Assembly (NCBI GenBank): GCA_022798335.1
Contig: JAAWMH010000002.1
Coordinates: 84,579-148,578 of the forward strand
Length of the DNA stretch: 64,000 bases
Source of the DNA: Clostridia bacterium
GTDB taxonomy: Bacteria > Bacillota > Clostridia > TANB77 > CAG-508
Reading direction: 5' to 3'
Shown here: positions 40,530-50,306 of the stretch, piece by piece
Position numbering within the stretch: position 1 is the first letter of the stretch
How the letters are laid out: each line of letters begins with the position of its first letter
The notes under the pieces: generated by a model
Seen by the model: the letters and a program-made list of their open reading frames with translations, nothing else
Told to the model about the DNA's origin: nothing
Databases searched by the model: none
Translations under genes and position numbers: made by a program

Positions 40530-43100
40530 ATGAAAGTATTATTTGCAGTGAATAATGAAAACATTTCAGAGTCTATTATCAAGAAATATCAACAAGAATA
40601 TAAAGAGATTATTTCCGTAAAAAATGTATATTATTTTAATGCAATTATTAAAGAGTTACAAAGAGATAAAACTTATGATAGAATTGTTGTAAGTGAAGAT
40701 TTACAGCCATTTTCAAATAATAATTATGAACAAATAGATAAATTCATTTTTGAAAAAATGGATAATATTAGTGATGAAGCAACAAATCAATCAGGAAATG
40801 ATATTCCAATTATTTTAATATGCACAGATAGAAGAGAAAAATCAGAACCACTATTAATTAAATTATTTGGAATAGGGGTATATAATGCATTAATTGGAAA
40901 AGATAGAAGTATCACAAATGTATGTGAATTATTAGCAAGACCACGTAGTAAAAAAGAAGCTAAAATATACTATCGTATTGACTCAGAAGATGTAGACTAC
41001 AAAGTAGGAAACGAAGGAGATGTTAGTGAAGTTGAAATTCAAAATATTGTAAACCATTACAAAAAACTAGGTGGAAATGAAGAAAAATATGTAGAAAGTT
41101 TTGAACATATAGCAAGTCAATATACAGATTCACAATTACGACTAATTGCAAATTTCTTACCTTTAAATGTAAAAGCAGTATTAGAAGCAAATAGTATGAA
41201 ATATCAAGAAATAGTTTCTTTTGGAGGAGCACCAAAACATAAAGAAAAAGTAAATAAAGTGCAAGCAAATAATAACTATGCAGCAAAACCGATAAAACAA
41301 AAAGAAGAGCCTAAAAAAGAAGATGTAAAATTAGATGTTATAGAACAAAACTTAAATAAAAATAAAATGACAGAACCAGTTATTATTCCGAATACAATTA
41401 ATACTGGTAATGTAAAAAGAATGCAAGAAATGCCAGAACAAAACATACAATCTCAAAAAGAAAATATAAAACCACAAGCACCAGTGAAGGTTGTACCTGA
41501 ACAAATTCAAGAAATTGATGATATATTAGACAGTTTGCAGACACAAGAAAACGAAATAGCACCTACAATGCCAGGAATAATACAAGAAGAACCACAAATA
41601 GAAATGCCAGAAACGATAGCAAATGTAACAAAGCAAGAACCAAATAATATACCAGTACAAATGCAAGAAGAAGTACTAGCAGCAGAGCCAGTACAACCAA
41701 AAAGAAGAGGAAGACCTAAGAAAGTATTAACTGCTGAAGAAATAGCAAAACAAGAGGAAAAACAAAGAAGAGGGAGAGGGAGACCTAAAAAAGCAGAACC
41801 AACAGAAGAAATGCAAACACAAGCGTCACAAGAAGAAACGATAGCAGCCCCAATTAATTTGTTTGAAATGGTAGAAGAAGAGGCACCAGTAACAGCTACT
41901 AATCAAGCACAAGCATCTTCTGGAGATGATATGTTTTTACCAGGAATTGATGATGATGATTTATTTGCAGAACAAGTAGTAGACCAAAGAATGCCATCTA
42001 TGAGTAAGACAGAGCCAGTAGAAGAGGTGCAAACAGGCTATAGCGTAGAACCTGTAGAAGATACATTTGAAGTAGAAAATGAAAATAGTATAGACAATAC
42101 ATTTAGTAATCCAATGGGTATTGCAAATGAAACTATGTACCAAATGCCAACAGTAGAAAACAATCCATATGAAACAAGGCAAATAGAAAATGCAAGTCCA
42201 TTACAAGAAGCAAGCATTAGTAACTTACTAACAAGAGACAAAAAAATAGTTGCATTTTTAGGAACCTCTAAAAATGGAACCTCCTTTTTAGTAAATAATA
42301 TTGCAGAACTACTTTCACAAAAAGGAATTAATACAGCTATTTTAGATTTAACACAAAATAAGAATGCTTACTATATTTATACAGAAAATGAAGAAAACTT
42401 AAGAAAAACTGCTTATGAATGTATAGGAGACTTAAGAAGAGGAAATATAAATGGAATTCAAGTACATAAAAATTTAACAGTATATACTACTCTTCCTGGT
42501 GAAGAAGAAGATTTTGAAGATTATAGTCATATTTTAGAAACGTTAGTTCAAAATTATTCTTTAGTTATATTAGATTGCGATTTTAAAACAAAATATGAAT
42601 ATTTTAAAGAAATACAGGAATTATATTTAGTACAAACTTTAGATGTGTTAACAATTCAACCATTAACCGCCTTTTTAAGAAATTTAAAAGCAAAAGGTGT
42701 ATTAGATCCTGAAAAAATTAGAATTGTGTTAAATAAAGTAGTAAAATTAAGAAGTATTTCAGATAAAACAATTATTGGTGGAATGGCATTTTACAATGAT
42801 CCAGCAATGTCATTTATGACAGAACTATTTAATAAAGATATAGTAACTTATTGTAGCATTCCATTTGAAGAGCAAACTTATTCAAAATACTTAGAAGGAC
42901 TTATCAATTGCAAAATCACACTAAATGGTTATTCTAAAAACTTTATGGCAATATTAAATCATTTAGGAGATACAGTATATCCTTTAATTAATAATAATCC
43001 AAAAATGAAAAACGTAAATTATAATAACTATAGTGCAAATAACAATTTTTCAAATGATATGAATAATACATTAAATAAAATGAAAAATAATTATGAATAG
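40530..43100 (+). CDS. Receiver-like N-domain / AT-hook linker / degenerate ParA-MinD-like ATPase-fold protein
   Basis: RBS ggagggg precedes the ATG at 40530. N-terminal flavodoxin/receiver-like fold (MKVLFAV...IILICTD). Two RGRP AT-hook cores (PKRRGRPKK, RRGRGRPKK). The C-terminal KKIVAFLGTSKNGTSFLVNN...LVILDCD resembles ParA/CpaE but lacks the GK(S/T) lysine motif. Confidence 0.5.
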   Translation: MKVLFAVNNENISESIIKKYQQEYKEIISVKNVYYFNAIIKELQRDKTYDRIVVSEDLQPFSNNNYEQIDKFIFEKMDNISDEATNQSGNDIPIILICTDRREKSEPLLIKLFGIGVYNALIGKDRSITNVCELLARPRSKKEAKIYYRIDSEDVDYKVGNEGDVSEVEIQNIVNHYKKLGGNEEKYVESFEHIASQYTDSQLRLIANFLPLNVKAVLEANSMKYQEIVSFGGAPKHKEKVNKVQANNNYAAKPIKQKEEPKKEDVKLDVIEQNLNKNKMTEPVIIPNTINTGNVKRMQEMPEQNIQSQKENIKPQAPVKVVPEQIQEIDDILDSLQTQENEIAPTMPGIIQEEPQIEMPETIANVTKQEPNNIPVQMQEEVLAAEPVQPKRRGRPKKVLTAEEIAKQEEKQRRGRGRPKKAEPTEEMQTQASQEETIAAPINLFEMVEEEAPVTATNQAQASSGDDMFLPGIDDDDLFAEQVVDQRMPSMSKTEPVEEVQTGYSVEPVEDTFEVENENSIDNTFSNPMGIANETMYQMPTVENNPYETRQIENASPLQEASISNLLTRDKKIVAFLGTSKNGTSFLVNNIAELLSQKGINTAILDLTQNKNAYYIYTENEENLRKTAYECIGDLRRGNINGIQVHKNLTVYTTLPGEEEDFEDYSHILETLVQNYSLVILDCDFKTKYEYFKEIQELYLVQTLDVLTIQPLTAFLRNLKAKGVLDPEKIRIVLNKVVKLRSISDKTIIGGMAFYNDPAMSFMTELFNKDIVTYCSIPFEEQTYSKYLEGLINCKITLNGYSKNFMAILNHLGDTVYPLINNNPKMKNVNYNNYSANNNFSNDMNNTLNKMKNNYE

Positions 43101-43119
43101 CAAATAAAGAGGTGATTTT

Positions 43120-44196
43120 TTGATACTCGGAGTAATAATATTATTAGTACTTATTATTGTCTTACTAATGGTATATAATATGTCAATACACAAAAAAATA
43201 CAAAATTTTCATAATTTAAACCAGAAAATAACAAACTTAAATGTATTACAAGACTTTATGAACGCCATTAGTGAAGTTACCTCTGTAGATGAAAAAATAC
43301 AAAAAATTAATGATATTTTAATAGAAAGATATCAAATTAAGTATTCTACAATAGTAGTTTATAATGGTACAGAGTATGTAGTAAAAGCTTCTAATGTGGA
43401 GAAAAAACATTGGGATACTTTAAGAAATTTACAAAATGAAGAAATTTTTAAAGATAGCATTCATACAGCAACACCTAAATATGTTACCATAGAAAAAGAA
43501 GGAGATAGATTACCATACCAAAAAATGGAATTTGGAAGAGCAAAATCAGCTATGTTTTTTCCTCTTTATGTAGAAAATGTGTATATAGGATACTGGATTA
43601 TAGAAGGTAACAGACCACACGAATTTGATGGTATAGATACTACAATTTTAGAAGTGGTAAAAAATAATATTGTATCTGTATTAAAAACAGTAGAAAATCA
43701 GCAAGTAATTGAAAACATTGTAAGAGATGACTTATTTACAAATTTAAAATCAGAAGAATATTTATATGGAGAAGGTAAAAAAATAGTAGACAAATATACT
43801 ATGTCTACAGTATGTTTATTTAGAATTACAAATTTAGAAGAAATTAATGAAAGTTATAGCAGACAAACTGGAAATGAAATAGTAACAGAAGTAAGTAGAA
43901 CTGTAAAAGAAAGCTTGGCAAATGAATATATATTTGTAAGATATATGGGACCAAAATTTGTAATTGTATTTTCTGGAATTGATAAAGAAGCAGTAATAAG
44001 CTTTATGAAAGAAATAAAACAAAAAGTAGAAAGTATACAAATACAAACTAATAAAGAAAATGAACAAGTAAGTCCAAAACTAAATATAGTAGTATCTACC
44101 TATTATAAAGGAACTGCTTTAGAAGGACTTACTAGAAAATTAGAAGAATACATAGATACAGCGTCAAAACAAGAAAATGCAATTAATTATTTATAG
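43120..44196 (+). CDS. Membrane-anchored GAF-like plus degenerate GGDEF-domain protein
   Basis: N-terminal TM. The C-terminal domain aligns to diguanylate cyclases (DDLFTNL..., ITNLEEINESYSRQTGNEIV) but has RYMGPKF in place of RxGGDEF. Confidence 0.6.
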   Translation: MILGVIILLVLIIVLLMVYNMSIHKKIQNFHNLNQKITNLNVLQDFMNAISEVTSVDEKIQKINDILIERYQIKYSTIVVYNGTEYVVKASNVEKKHWDTLRNLQNEEIFKDSIHTATPKYVTIEKEGDRLPYQKMEFGRAKSAMFFPLYVENVYIGYWIIEGNRPHEFDGIDTTILEVVKNNIVSVLKTVENQQVIENIVRDDLFTNLKSEEYLYGEGKKIVDKYTMSTVCLFRITNLEEINESYSRQTGNEIVTEVSRTVKESLANEYIFVRYMGPKFVIVFSGIDKEAVISFMKEIKQKVESIQIQTNKENEQVSPKLNIVVSTYYKGTALEGLTRKLEEYIDTASKQENAINYL

Positions 44197-44208
44197 GAGG
44201 AAAAGAAA

Positions 44209-44463
44209 ATGCTATCTGATGAAACCGTTAGTTTTAAAGTAGAAAAAGACAAAAATGTAAAAGCGAGAGAAATCTTAAAAGAAGTATATAAGGCATTAGA
44301 AGAAAAAGGTTATAATCCTATTAATCAAATAGTAGGTTATATCTTGTCAGGAGATCCAACTTATATTACTAGCCATAATGACGCAAGAAATTTAATTAGA
44401 CAAGTAGAAAGAGATGAACTATTAGAAAAAATGGTAAAAAATTATATTGGATTGGATGATTAA
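44209..44463 (+). CDS. ireB: IreB-family regulatory phosphoprotein (UPF0297)
   Basis: 84 aa with [27 protein letters not shown]. Conserved neighbour of ruvX. Confidence 0.8.
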   Translation: MLSDETVSFKVEKDKNVKAREILKEVYKALEEKGYNPINQIVGYILSGDPTYITSHNDARNLIRQVERDELLEKMVKNYIGLDD

Positions 44464-44465
44464 AA

Positions 44466-44897
44466 ATGCGAAAACTAGGAATTGACTATGGAGACAGTAG
44501 AGTAGGACTAGCATTAACTGATGAATTACAAATTACAGCACAAGGATTAGAGACAGTTAATCATAATGGCAATGATAAATTAGTACTAAAACGATTAGAA
44601 GAAATTACAAATCAATATAATATTGATGTTTTTGTAATAGGAATGCCAATTAATATGAATGGAACAAAAACAGATAGAGTAGAAGTTACGCAAAAATTTA
44701 TCCATAAATTAAGATGCAAATTTCCCAAAATTAAAGTAGAAACAATTGATGAAAGACTAACAACAGTTGCAGCACACAAAACGATGAACTATTTAAATAT
44801 TGATAAAAATAAAAAAAAGCAAATAGTAGATACAATTTCAGCAGTATATATTTTAGAAACCTATATGAATAAACAAAAAAATAAAATAGAAGATTAA
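44466..44897 (+). CDS. ruvX: Holliday junction resolvase-like RuvX (YqgF)
   Basis: GIDYGDSRVGLALTD N-terminus and a DERLTT motif; 143 aa. Confidence 0.85.
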   Translation: MRKLGIDYGDSRVGLALTDELQITAQGLETVNHNGNDKLVLKRLEEITNQYNIDVFVIGMPINMNGTKTDRVEVTQKFIHKLRCKFPKIKVETIDERLTTVAAHKTMNYLNIDKNKKKQIVDTISAVYILETYMNKQKNKIED

Positions 44898-44989
44898 GTT
44901 GTTCGCATATATTTTTAAAAAATGTAAATAATAAAAATAGATATTAACATTGTTATTAAATAGATAATAGAAACGAAAGGAGAAAAAAG

Positions 44990-45316
44990 ATGAGTGAAGA
45001 TGTAAACAATAATCCAGAAAATTTAAATGAGGGAGAAGAATTAGATAATATATTAGTACTTAATGACGAAGAAGGAAATGAGGTTGAATTCGAATTTCTA
45101 GATTTAATTGAGTATGAAGGCGAAGAATATGTTGTACTTTTACCACTTGAAGAAGAAGAAACAGAAGAACCAGGAGAAGTAGTTATTCTAAAATTAGAAG
45201 ACACAGAATCTGAAGAAGAAGAGTCTTATGTTAGTGTAGATGATGAAGAAGTATTAAATAAGGTATTTGAGATATTCAAAGAAAAATTTGAAGATGAATT
45301 TAATTTTGTAGATTAA
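44990..45316 (+). CDS. DUF1292-family acidic protein
   Basis: The pattern LNDEEGNEVEFEFLDLIEYEGEEYVVLLP and the conserved ireB-ruvX-DUF1292 gene order. Confidence 0.75.
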   Translation: MSEDVNNNPENLNEGEELDNILVLNDEEGNEVEFEFLDLIEYEGEEYVVLLPLEEEETEEPGEVVILKLEDTESEEEESYVSVDDEEVLNKVFEIFKEKFEDEFNFVD

Positions 45317-45529
45317 ATAAAATAAAAAACTATATATGATAAACTTTAAAGTTTAATCGTATATAGTTTTTTATTCTATAAAAGTATATTGTGTTATCTA
45401 GGTGTAAGTATTGATATTTGGTATTAAAAAAATAGAAAACTGTGATTATTTTCGTCTAAAAATGTAGAAAATTTAAATAGAGTGTGATATACTAAAAATA
45501 GAATAGAGGAATTAAAGGAGTGAAAACAA

Positions 45530-46003
45530 ATGAAAAATTTATCAAGCTGGCTAATTGCTATGTTCGCATTTATGTTTTGGGCATTTCGTGTGGTAGCTGC
45601 TGTAATGTATACCATAGGAAAAGACTTTATTTTACCACCAATGGATATGACAATGGAAATAGCGCTACTATTTATTACTTTTATTTGTATTTGCTTTATA
45701 GCAAAAAGAAAATTACTACCAGTTATTATTTATTTAATAGCACATGGATTATATTATGGTATCTTTTTATATCAAAGTATTATGGCTGTTGTAAATGGAG
45801 CGGGAAGTTTAAATAATTATATTGGATTATTAGTTGCTCTAATTGGTGTAGCAATTCCAGTAGCAGCATTTTTTGATGTATTATTAGATAAAAATAGAAC
45901 AGCGCATCCAACAGACAAAAAAACAGATTGGTTTTATAAAAATGAACAATATGATAGAAAAATGGACGAAAGAGCAGATAGGAATCAATATAGAACAATG
46001 TAA
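45530..46003 (+). CDS. Hypothetical four-TM membrane protein
   Basis: RBS aaaggag; hydrophobic helices; basic/acidic C-terminal tail. Confidence 0.5.
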   Translation: MKNLSSWLIAMFAFMFWAFRVVAAVMYTIGKDFILPPMDMTMEIALLFITFICICFIAKRKLLPVIIYLIAHGLYYGIFLYQSIMAVVNGAGSLNNYIGLLVALIGVAIPVAAFFDVLLDKNRTAHPTDKKTDWFYKNEQYDRKMDERADRNQYRTM

Positions 46004-46083
46004 AATATAAGGTATCTTAATTGGATACCTTTTATATTTATAAATAAAGAAGAATATGCATTAAAAAGAAGAGGTAAAAAGAA

Positions 46084-46987
46084 ATGGTACAAAATATAGA
46101 AAAAAGCAATATTAACTGGTATCCACGGACATATGGCAAAAACGAAAAGGCAAATTATTGAAGACTTAAAGCTAATTGACATAGTAGCAGAAATTTTAGA
46201 TAGTAGGATTCCGATTTCTAGCCAAAATCCAGATTTAAAAGAAATGGTACAAGATAAAAAAAGACTTATTATACTAAATAAGTCTGACTTATCATGTGAA
46301 AAAGAAAATAAAAAATGGTTAGAATATTTTGAAAGGCAAAATATACCAGCCGTTTTAGTAGATAGTGTTTCTGGAAAGGGAATTACCAATACAATTTCCA
46401 AAATAGAAGAAATTTATGATAATACTAAATATGAAGCAAAAGGTAGAGTGGGAAAAGCAATTAGAGTCATGATTTTAGGAATTCCAAATGTAGGGAAATC
46501 TTCTTTTATTAACCGCATAGCAAAGAAAAATACAGCTATGGTAGGAAATAAGCCAGGAGTAACTAGACAAAAGCAATGGATAAAAGTATCAAATACAATT
46601 GAACTATTAGATACGCCAGGAGTTTTATGGCCAAAGTTAGAAAGCCAAAAGGTAGCTTTCAATTTAGCTTTTACAGGAACAATAAAAGATGATATACTAG
46701 AAAAAACAGATATAGGATATGAATTTTTAAAAAAAGCATTAAAAGAGTACAGTTTAAATATACAAGAAAGATATAAAATAGAAAAAGAACAATTACAAGA
46801 AGTTATGCAAAATAAGACCTTAGAAGAAAACGAAATGATAATAGAAGTGATGAATATAATTGGAAAAAAGAGAGGAGCTATTATAGCAGGAGGGCAAGTG
46901 GATTTAGAAAGGGTAGCAACTATTTTATTAGAAGATTTTAGAAGTGGAAAATTAGGAAGAATTACATTAGAAAGGGTAGAAAAATGA
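46084..46987 (+). CDS. rbgA: Ribosome biogenesis GTPase A (RbgA/YlqF); needs a +1 shift at CGG 46126-46128
   Basis: RBS agaggt precedes the ATG at 46084. The 0-frame reads NINWYP-R-TYGKNEKANY*. Skipping C46126 gives [26 protein letters not shown], the conserved RbgA N-terminus. Circularly permuted GTPase motifs (NKSDL, GIPNVGKSS, DTPG) follow. Confidence 0.9.
46126..46129 (+). other. Candidate +1 recoding site CCA-C-GGA (rbgA)
   Basis: CGG lies 42 nt from the ATG at 46084. GGA at 46127 is in frame with the 46133 track ORF. Confidence 0.7.
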
Positions 46988-47391
46988 AACTATTTCATAT
47001 AGACGAAAAAACAAAAGAAGAAATAAATCAAATGTCACCATTAACTTGGGCTTACATAGGAGATGGTGTATATGAGTTATATATACGTACCTATTTAATT
47101 AATAAAACACGATTAAAGCCACATAAATTGCATATAGAAGCTATCAAATATGTAAAGGCAAAAGCACAAGCAGAAATATTAAAAAAGCTAGATAGTATTT
47201 TAACGCTAGAAGAACAAGAAATTGTACGTAGAGGAAGAAATACACAAACGCACCATATTGCTAAAAATGCAAGTATGCAAGAATACATGTATTCTACTGC
47301 TTTTGAAGCACTAATTGGCTATTTATACTTAACAGGACAGGAAGAGAGGCTAATTACTATATTAGAAGCAATACTTGACGAAACAAATTAA
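46984..47391 (+). CDS. mrnC: Mini-ribonuclease 3
   Basis: LTWAYIGDGVYELYIRTYL and FEALIGYLYL RNase III-like motifs; 135 aa; overlaps the rbgA stop. Confidence 0.8.
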   Translation: MKLFHIDEKTKEEINQMSPLTWAYIGDGVYELYIRTYLINKTRLKPHKLHIEAIKYVKAKAQAEILKKLDSILTLEEQEIVRRGRNTQTHHIAKNASMQEYMYSTAFEALIGYLYLTGQEERLITILEAILDETN

Positions 47392-47424
47392 AATGTGGTA
47401 TAGTAATAAAGGATTTTAAATCAA

Positions 47425-47499
47425 GGCCCCTTGGTCAAGCGGTTAAGACGCAGCCCTCTCAAGGCTGAATCATGGGTTCGATTCCCGTAGGGGTCACCA
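47425..47499 (+). tRNA. tRNA-Glu (anticodon CUC) with encoded CCA
   Basis: Hand-folded cloverleaf: acceptor GGCCCCT/AGGGGTC, D-arm GTCAAGCGGTTAAGAC, anticodon stem CAGCC/GGCTG with loop CT-CTC-AA, and T-arm GGGTTCGATTCCC. The body is very similar to Firmicute tRNA-Glu. Confidence 0.85.
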
Positions 47500-47513
47500 A
47501 ACGCATATTATAC

Positions 47514-47556
47514 GAACCTAGAAATGCTTATATTCTAAGCTTTCTAGGTTCTTTTT
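47514..47556 (+). terminator. Terminator after tRNA-Glu
   Basis: gaacctagaaa...tttctaggttc followed by ttttt. Confidence 0.75.
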
Positions 47557-47747
47557 AAACTATACAATAGATATTTATTTTAGAACTTGTTATTTATAAA
47601 ATTTTAATGTAGCCACTTTCTAGAATATTACATTCTAAATTTTAATTAACAAGGTAGATTCAAATATAGAATTGATTTTAAATAAAAAAGCTGATATAAT
47701 ACTCATGTTCAAAATATTTGATATGTACCGAAGGGAGAGTTATTTGA

Positions 47748-47945
47748 ATGATGAAAAAAGCATGTCGGATTATCATTATTTTTATGTTAGCAATGGGAGC
47801 AAGCATTTTACCAACAGTACTATTAAAAACAAAAGATGAAATGAATATCCTATTTCAGCAGCCAAAGTATTGGATTATTACTTTATTTATAGCCGCAATT
47901 GTCACATGGCAAATTGTAAAGGCTACAAATGACTCAAAAATGTAA
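47748..47945 (+). CDS. Small two-TM hypothetical protein
   Basis: 65-codon ORF with an RBS (gaagggagag). It carries a 0-frame CGG at codon 7 (47766-47768); a +1 shift there would end the product after 14 aa. Confidence 0.4.
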   Translation: MMKKACRIIIIFMLAMGASILPTVLLKTKDEMNILFQQPKYWIITLFIAAIVTWQIVKATNDSKM

Positions 47946-48001
47946 GTGCATCTATGCCTCCCAATTTGGGAGGCATAAATTTTATGAAAAAATTAAAATA
48001 A

Positions 48002-48223
48002 CTAACTATTTTTTTCCTTTATGCTTTTTAAAGCAATTTTACGAATATGTTCTCCAATTTCTTCATTAGTTAATTCTAAAGCAATTACCATCCTGGCATA
48101 AGTGTCTATTTTAGGAACTGTTAAATTTTTTTCTATGCGCAATATCGTTCTGGGGTCTACATTAGTTAGACCAGAAAGTTCTTCTTGCGTATAGCCCTTT
48201 TTTAATCTTTCTTTTTTTAACAT
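48002..48223 (-). CDS. XRE-family HTH regulator
   Basis: LKKERLKKGYTQEELSGLTNVDPRTILRIEKN is a Cro/C1 HTH. It is divergent from the 48339 gene. Confidence 0.8.
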   Translation of the reverse strand: MLKKERLKKGYTQEELSGLTNVDPRTILRIEKNLTVPKIDTYARMVIALELTNEEIGEHIRKIALKSIKEKNS

Positions 48224-48267
48224 ATATATCACCACAAAAATTTTATTATAATTTTATACAAACTACA

Positions 48268-48295
48268 TTGACATATATGTCAGTTTTGATATAAT
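48268..48295 (+). promoter_or_regulatory. Promoter with a palindromic operator overlapping the -35 box
   Basis: TTGACA (48268-48273) lies inside the perfect palindrome tgacatatatgtca (48269-48282). TATAAT is at 48290-48295. Confidence 0.6.
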
Positions 48296-48338
48296 GAATA
48301 TGACATAAATGTCACAAAGAAAAAAAGGAGAAAAAATA

Positions 48339-50306
48339 GTGAAAAAGAAAAAAGAAAATATGTTATTAAAAGAAACAGCAATAACGTTAATTGCGTTAGT
48401 TGTAACGATTATAGTGCTTTTAATTCTAGCAGGAATTACAATTCAAGTAATATTGCAAGGTGGAATTATAGGGCAGGCCAATAAAGCATCAGAAAGCTAT
48501 AAAATAGCAGATTTAAGAGATAGAATAGATGTTATTAGAATAGCATGGATAGCAGATAAAGCAGTAGATTCAAGTCTACCACTTACAGATTTATGGGATA
48601 GATTGATAACCGCAGATATTATAGCAACCTATGATGACGTAGAAGGACCAGAAAAAGATGAAAGTGGAAACGATATTTATCTATTAAATACTAAAGATGG
48701 CTATACTGTAGAAATTATTGTAAATGATAAAGGGCATGTCAATATAGGAGATATCGTAAATGGGACAATGCCACCAATAGTTAGAAGAATAGAAGCAGTA
48801 GCTAAAGATGATAGTATTACAGCAAAAGCAATAGTATCTAGATTAAAAAATGGAACAGTAGAATATTTTTATAAGTTATCTACCGAAAATGACAGTGAAT
48901 ATAAAAAGATGAATTATATAAGTAATACAGAAGGAGCAAAAGTAGAATTAACACTAGTAGAAGGAACAAGCTATCATATAAAAGCAATTGCAAAAAATGA
49001 AGCTGGAGAACACGAGTTAACAACAGAACTAACAATAGGAGTGAAAGTAAGTACTCTTACTTTAGATAAAACCACAGCAGCAGTAACTCCAAGTGGAACG
49101 TTGCAATTAGTAGCAACCATAACTCCAGAAAATGCAGAAAATAAAAAATTAACATGGACAAGTAGTAACGAGGAAGTAGCCACGGTAGATGAAAATGGGC
49201 TAGTTACAGGTATCGCATTAGGAGAGGCTACCATAACAGCAACTACAACAGATGGAAGTAATTTATCAGCTACTTGTAATGTAACTGTAAAAATACCAGT
49301 AGAAAGTGTAAGATTAGATAAAACAAGTGAAAATGTTTATATAGATGAAACAGTTACCTTAGTTGCAACAGTTATTCCAGCAAATGCAACCAATAGAAAT
49401 GTAATATGGAGTAGTAGTAATGAAGGTGTTGCAACAGTGGACAATGCTGGGGTAGTAACAGGAAAATCAAAAGGAACTGCTACTATTACGGTAATATCAA
49501 GTGATGATACTAGTAAAAAAGCGAGTTGTACAATAGAGGTAAAAGATTTATGGGAAGAATTAGAAAAAATAGCAAAAGCAATATCAAAAAGTGGAATATC
49601 AAGTGAAACAAAAACAGCAACAGGAGTAACAGAAGATGGAATAGATTATAGTATTACTGTAGGAGATATCTTTAAAGTAAAATATAATGGAAGTATAAAA
49701 AGAGTAAGGGTATTAGGGTTTAATCATGATGACTTGGTAAGTACGAGCGCATATGCAGGGCAAACTTTAACAAAAGCAGGAATTAGTTTTGAATTTTTAG
49801 ATTTAATGACAAGAAAAGACACTTGGTCTATGAATGGTAATGAGCCTACAAATGCAGGAGGATGGGCAGGGACAACCATAAGAGGAAAACTAGAAAGTAA
49901 TAAAGGAAACTTAAGTAATAATAGTTATATCAAACAAGTTAAAAAGCCATATGCAACAACATATAATAGTGATTCATTAAGCCGTACACCTGCAAATGAT
50001 TATTTATGGTTATTATCCTGTACTGAAATATGGGGAAGTAGCGCGACTAGTGGTTGCAAATCAGGATTGTGTAAAACAACAGAGGGAAACCAGTATAAAT
50101 TTTATAAAGACTTAGCTCCTGTATATAATGTAGAAAAAGATGAACTTATCAAAAAAACAGAGGAAAATGGCGCTACGGATATTTGGTGGCTTCGTTCTCC
50201 AGCTTACAACAATAGCTCTTATTTCTGCCGTGTTTACTCGTGGGGATATTGCGTTTCTTACAGCGCGAGCGCCCCTACTGGAGTAGCTCCTGGCTTTTGT
50301 ATCTAG
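48339..50306 (+). CDS. Pilin-like N-terminus / two Big_2 Ig-like domains / C-terminal WWLRSP-type domain protein
   Basis: The hydrophobic N-terminus ITLIALVVTIIVLLILAGITI resembles prepilin-type leaders. There are two Big_2 repeats (LQLVATITPENAENKKLTWTSSNEEVATVDENGLVTG; VTLVATVIPANATNRNVIWSSSNEGVATVDNAGVVTG). Confidence 0.6.
   Translation: MKKKKENMLLKETAITLIALVVTIIVLLILAGITIQVILQGGIIGQANKASESYKIADLRDRIDVIRIAWIADKAVDSSLPLTDLWDRLITADIIATYDDVEGPEKDESGNDIYLLNTKDGYTVEIIVNDKGHVNIGDIVNGTMPPIVRRIEAVAKDDSITAKAIVSRLKNGTVEYFYKLSTENDSEYKKMNYISNTEGAKVELTLVEGTSYHIKAIAKNEAGEHELTTELTIGVKVSTLTLDKTTAAVTPSGTLQLVATITPENAENKKLTWTSSNEEVATVDENGLVTGIALGEATITATTTDGSNLSATCNVTVKIPVESVRLDKTSENVYIDETVTLVATVIPANATNRNVIWSSSNEGVATVDNAGVVTGKSKGTATITVISSDDTSKKASCTIEVKDLWEELEKIAKAISKSGISSETKTATGVTEDGIDYSITVGDIFKVKYNGSIKRVRVLGFNHDDLVSTSAYAGQTLTKAGISFEFLDLMTRKDTWSMNGNEPTNAGGWAGTTIRGKLESNKGNLSNNSYIKQVKKPYATTYNSDSLSRTPANDYLWLLSCTEIWGSSATSGCKSGLCKTTEGNQYKFYKDLAPVYNVEKDELIKKTEENGATDIWWLRSPAYNNSSYFCRVYSWGYCVSYSASAPTGVAPGFCI

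Noticed and set aside
45520-45816. 98-aa ORF overlapping the start of the 45530-46003 membrane protein in another frame
   Set aside because: It has no RBS and a Tyr/Cys/Leu-rich product typical of an off-frame reading. The 45530 frame has an RBS and coherent TM helices.
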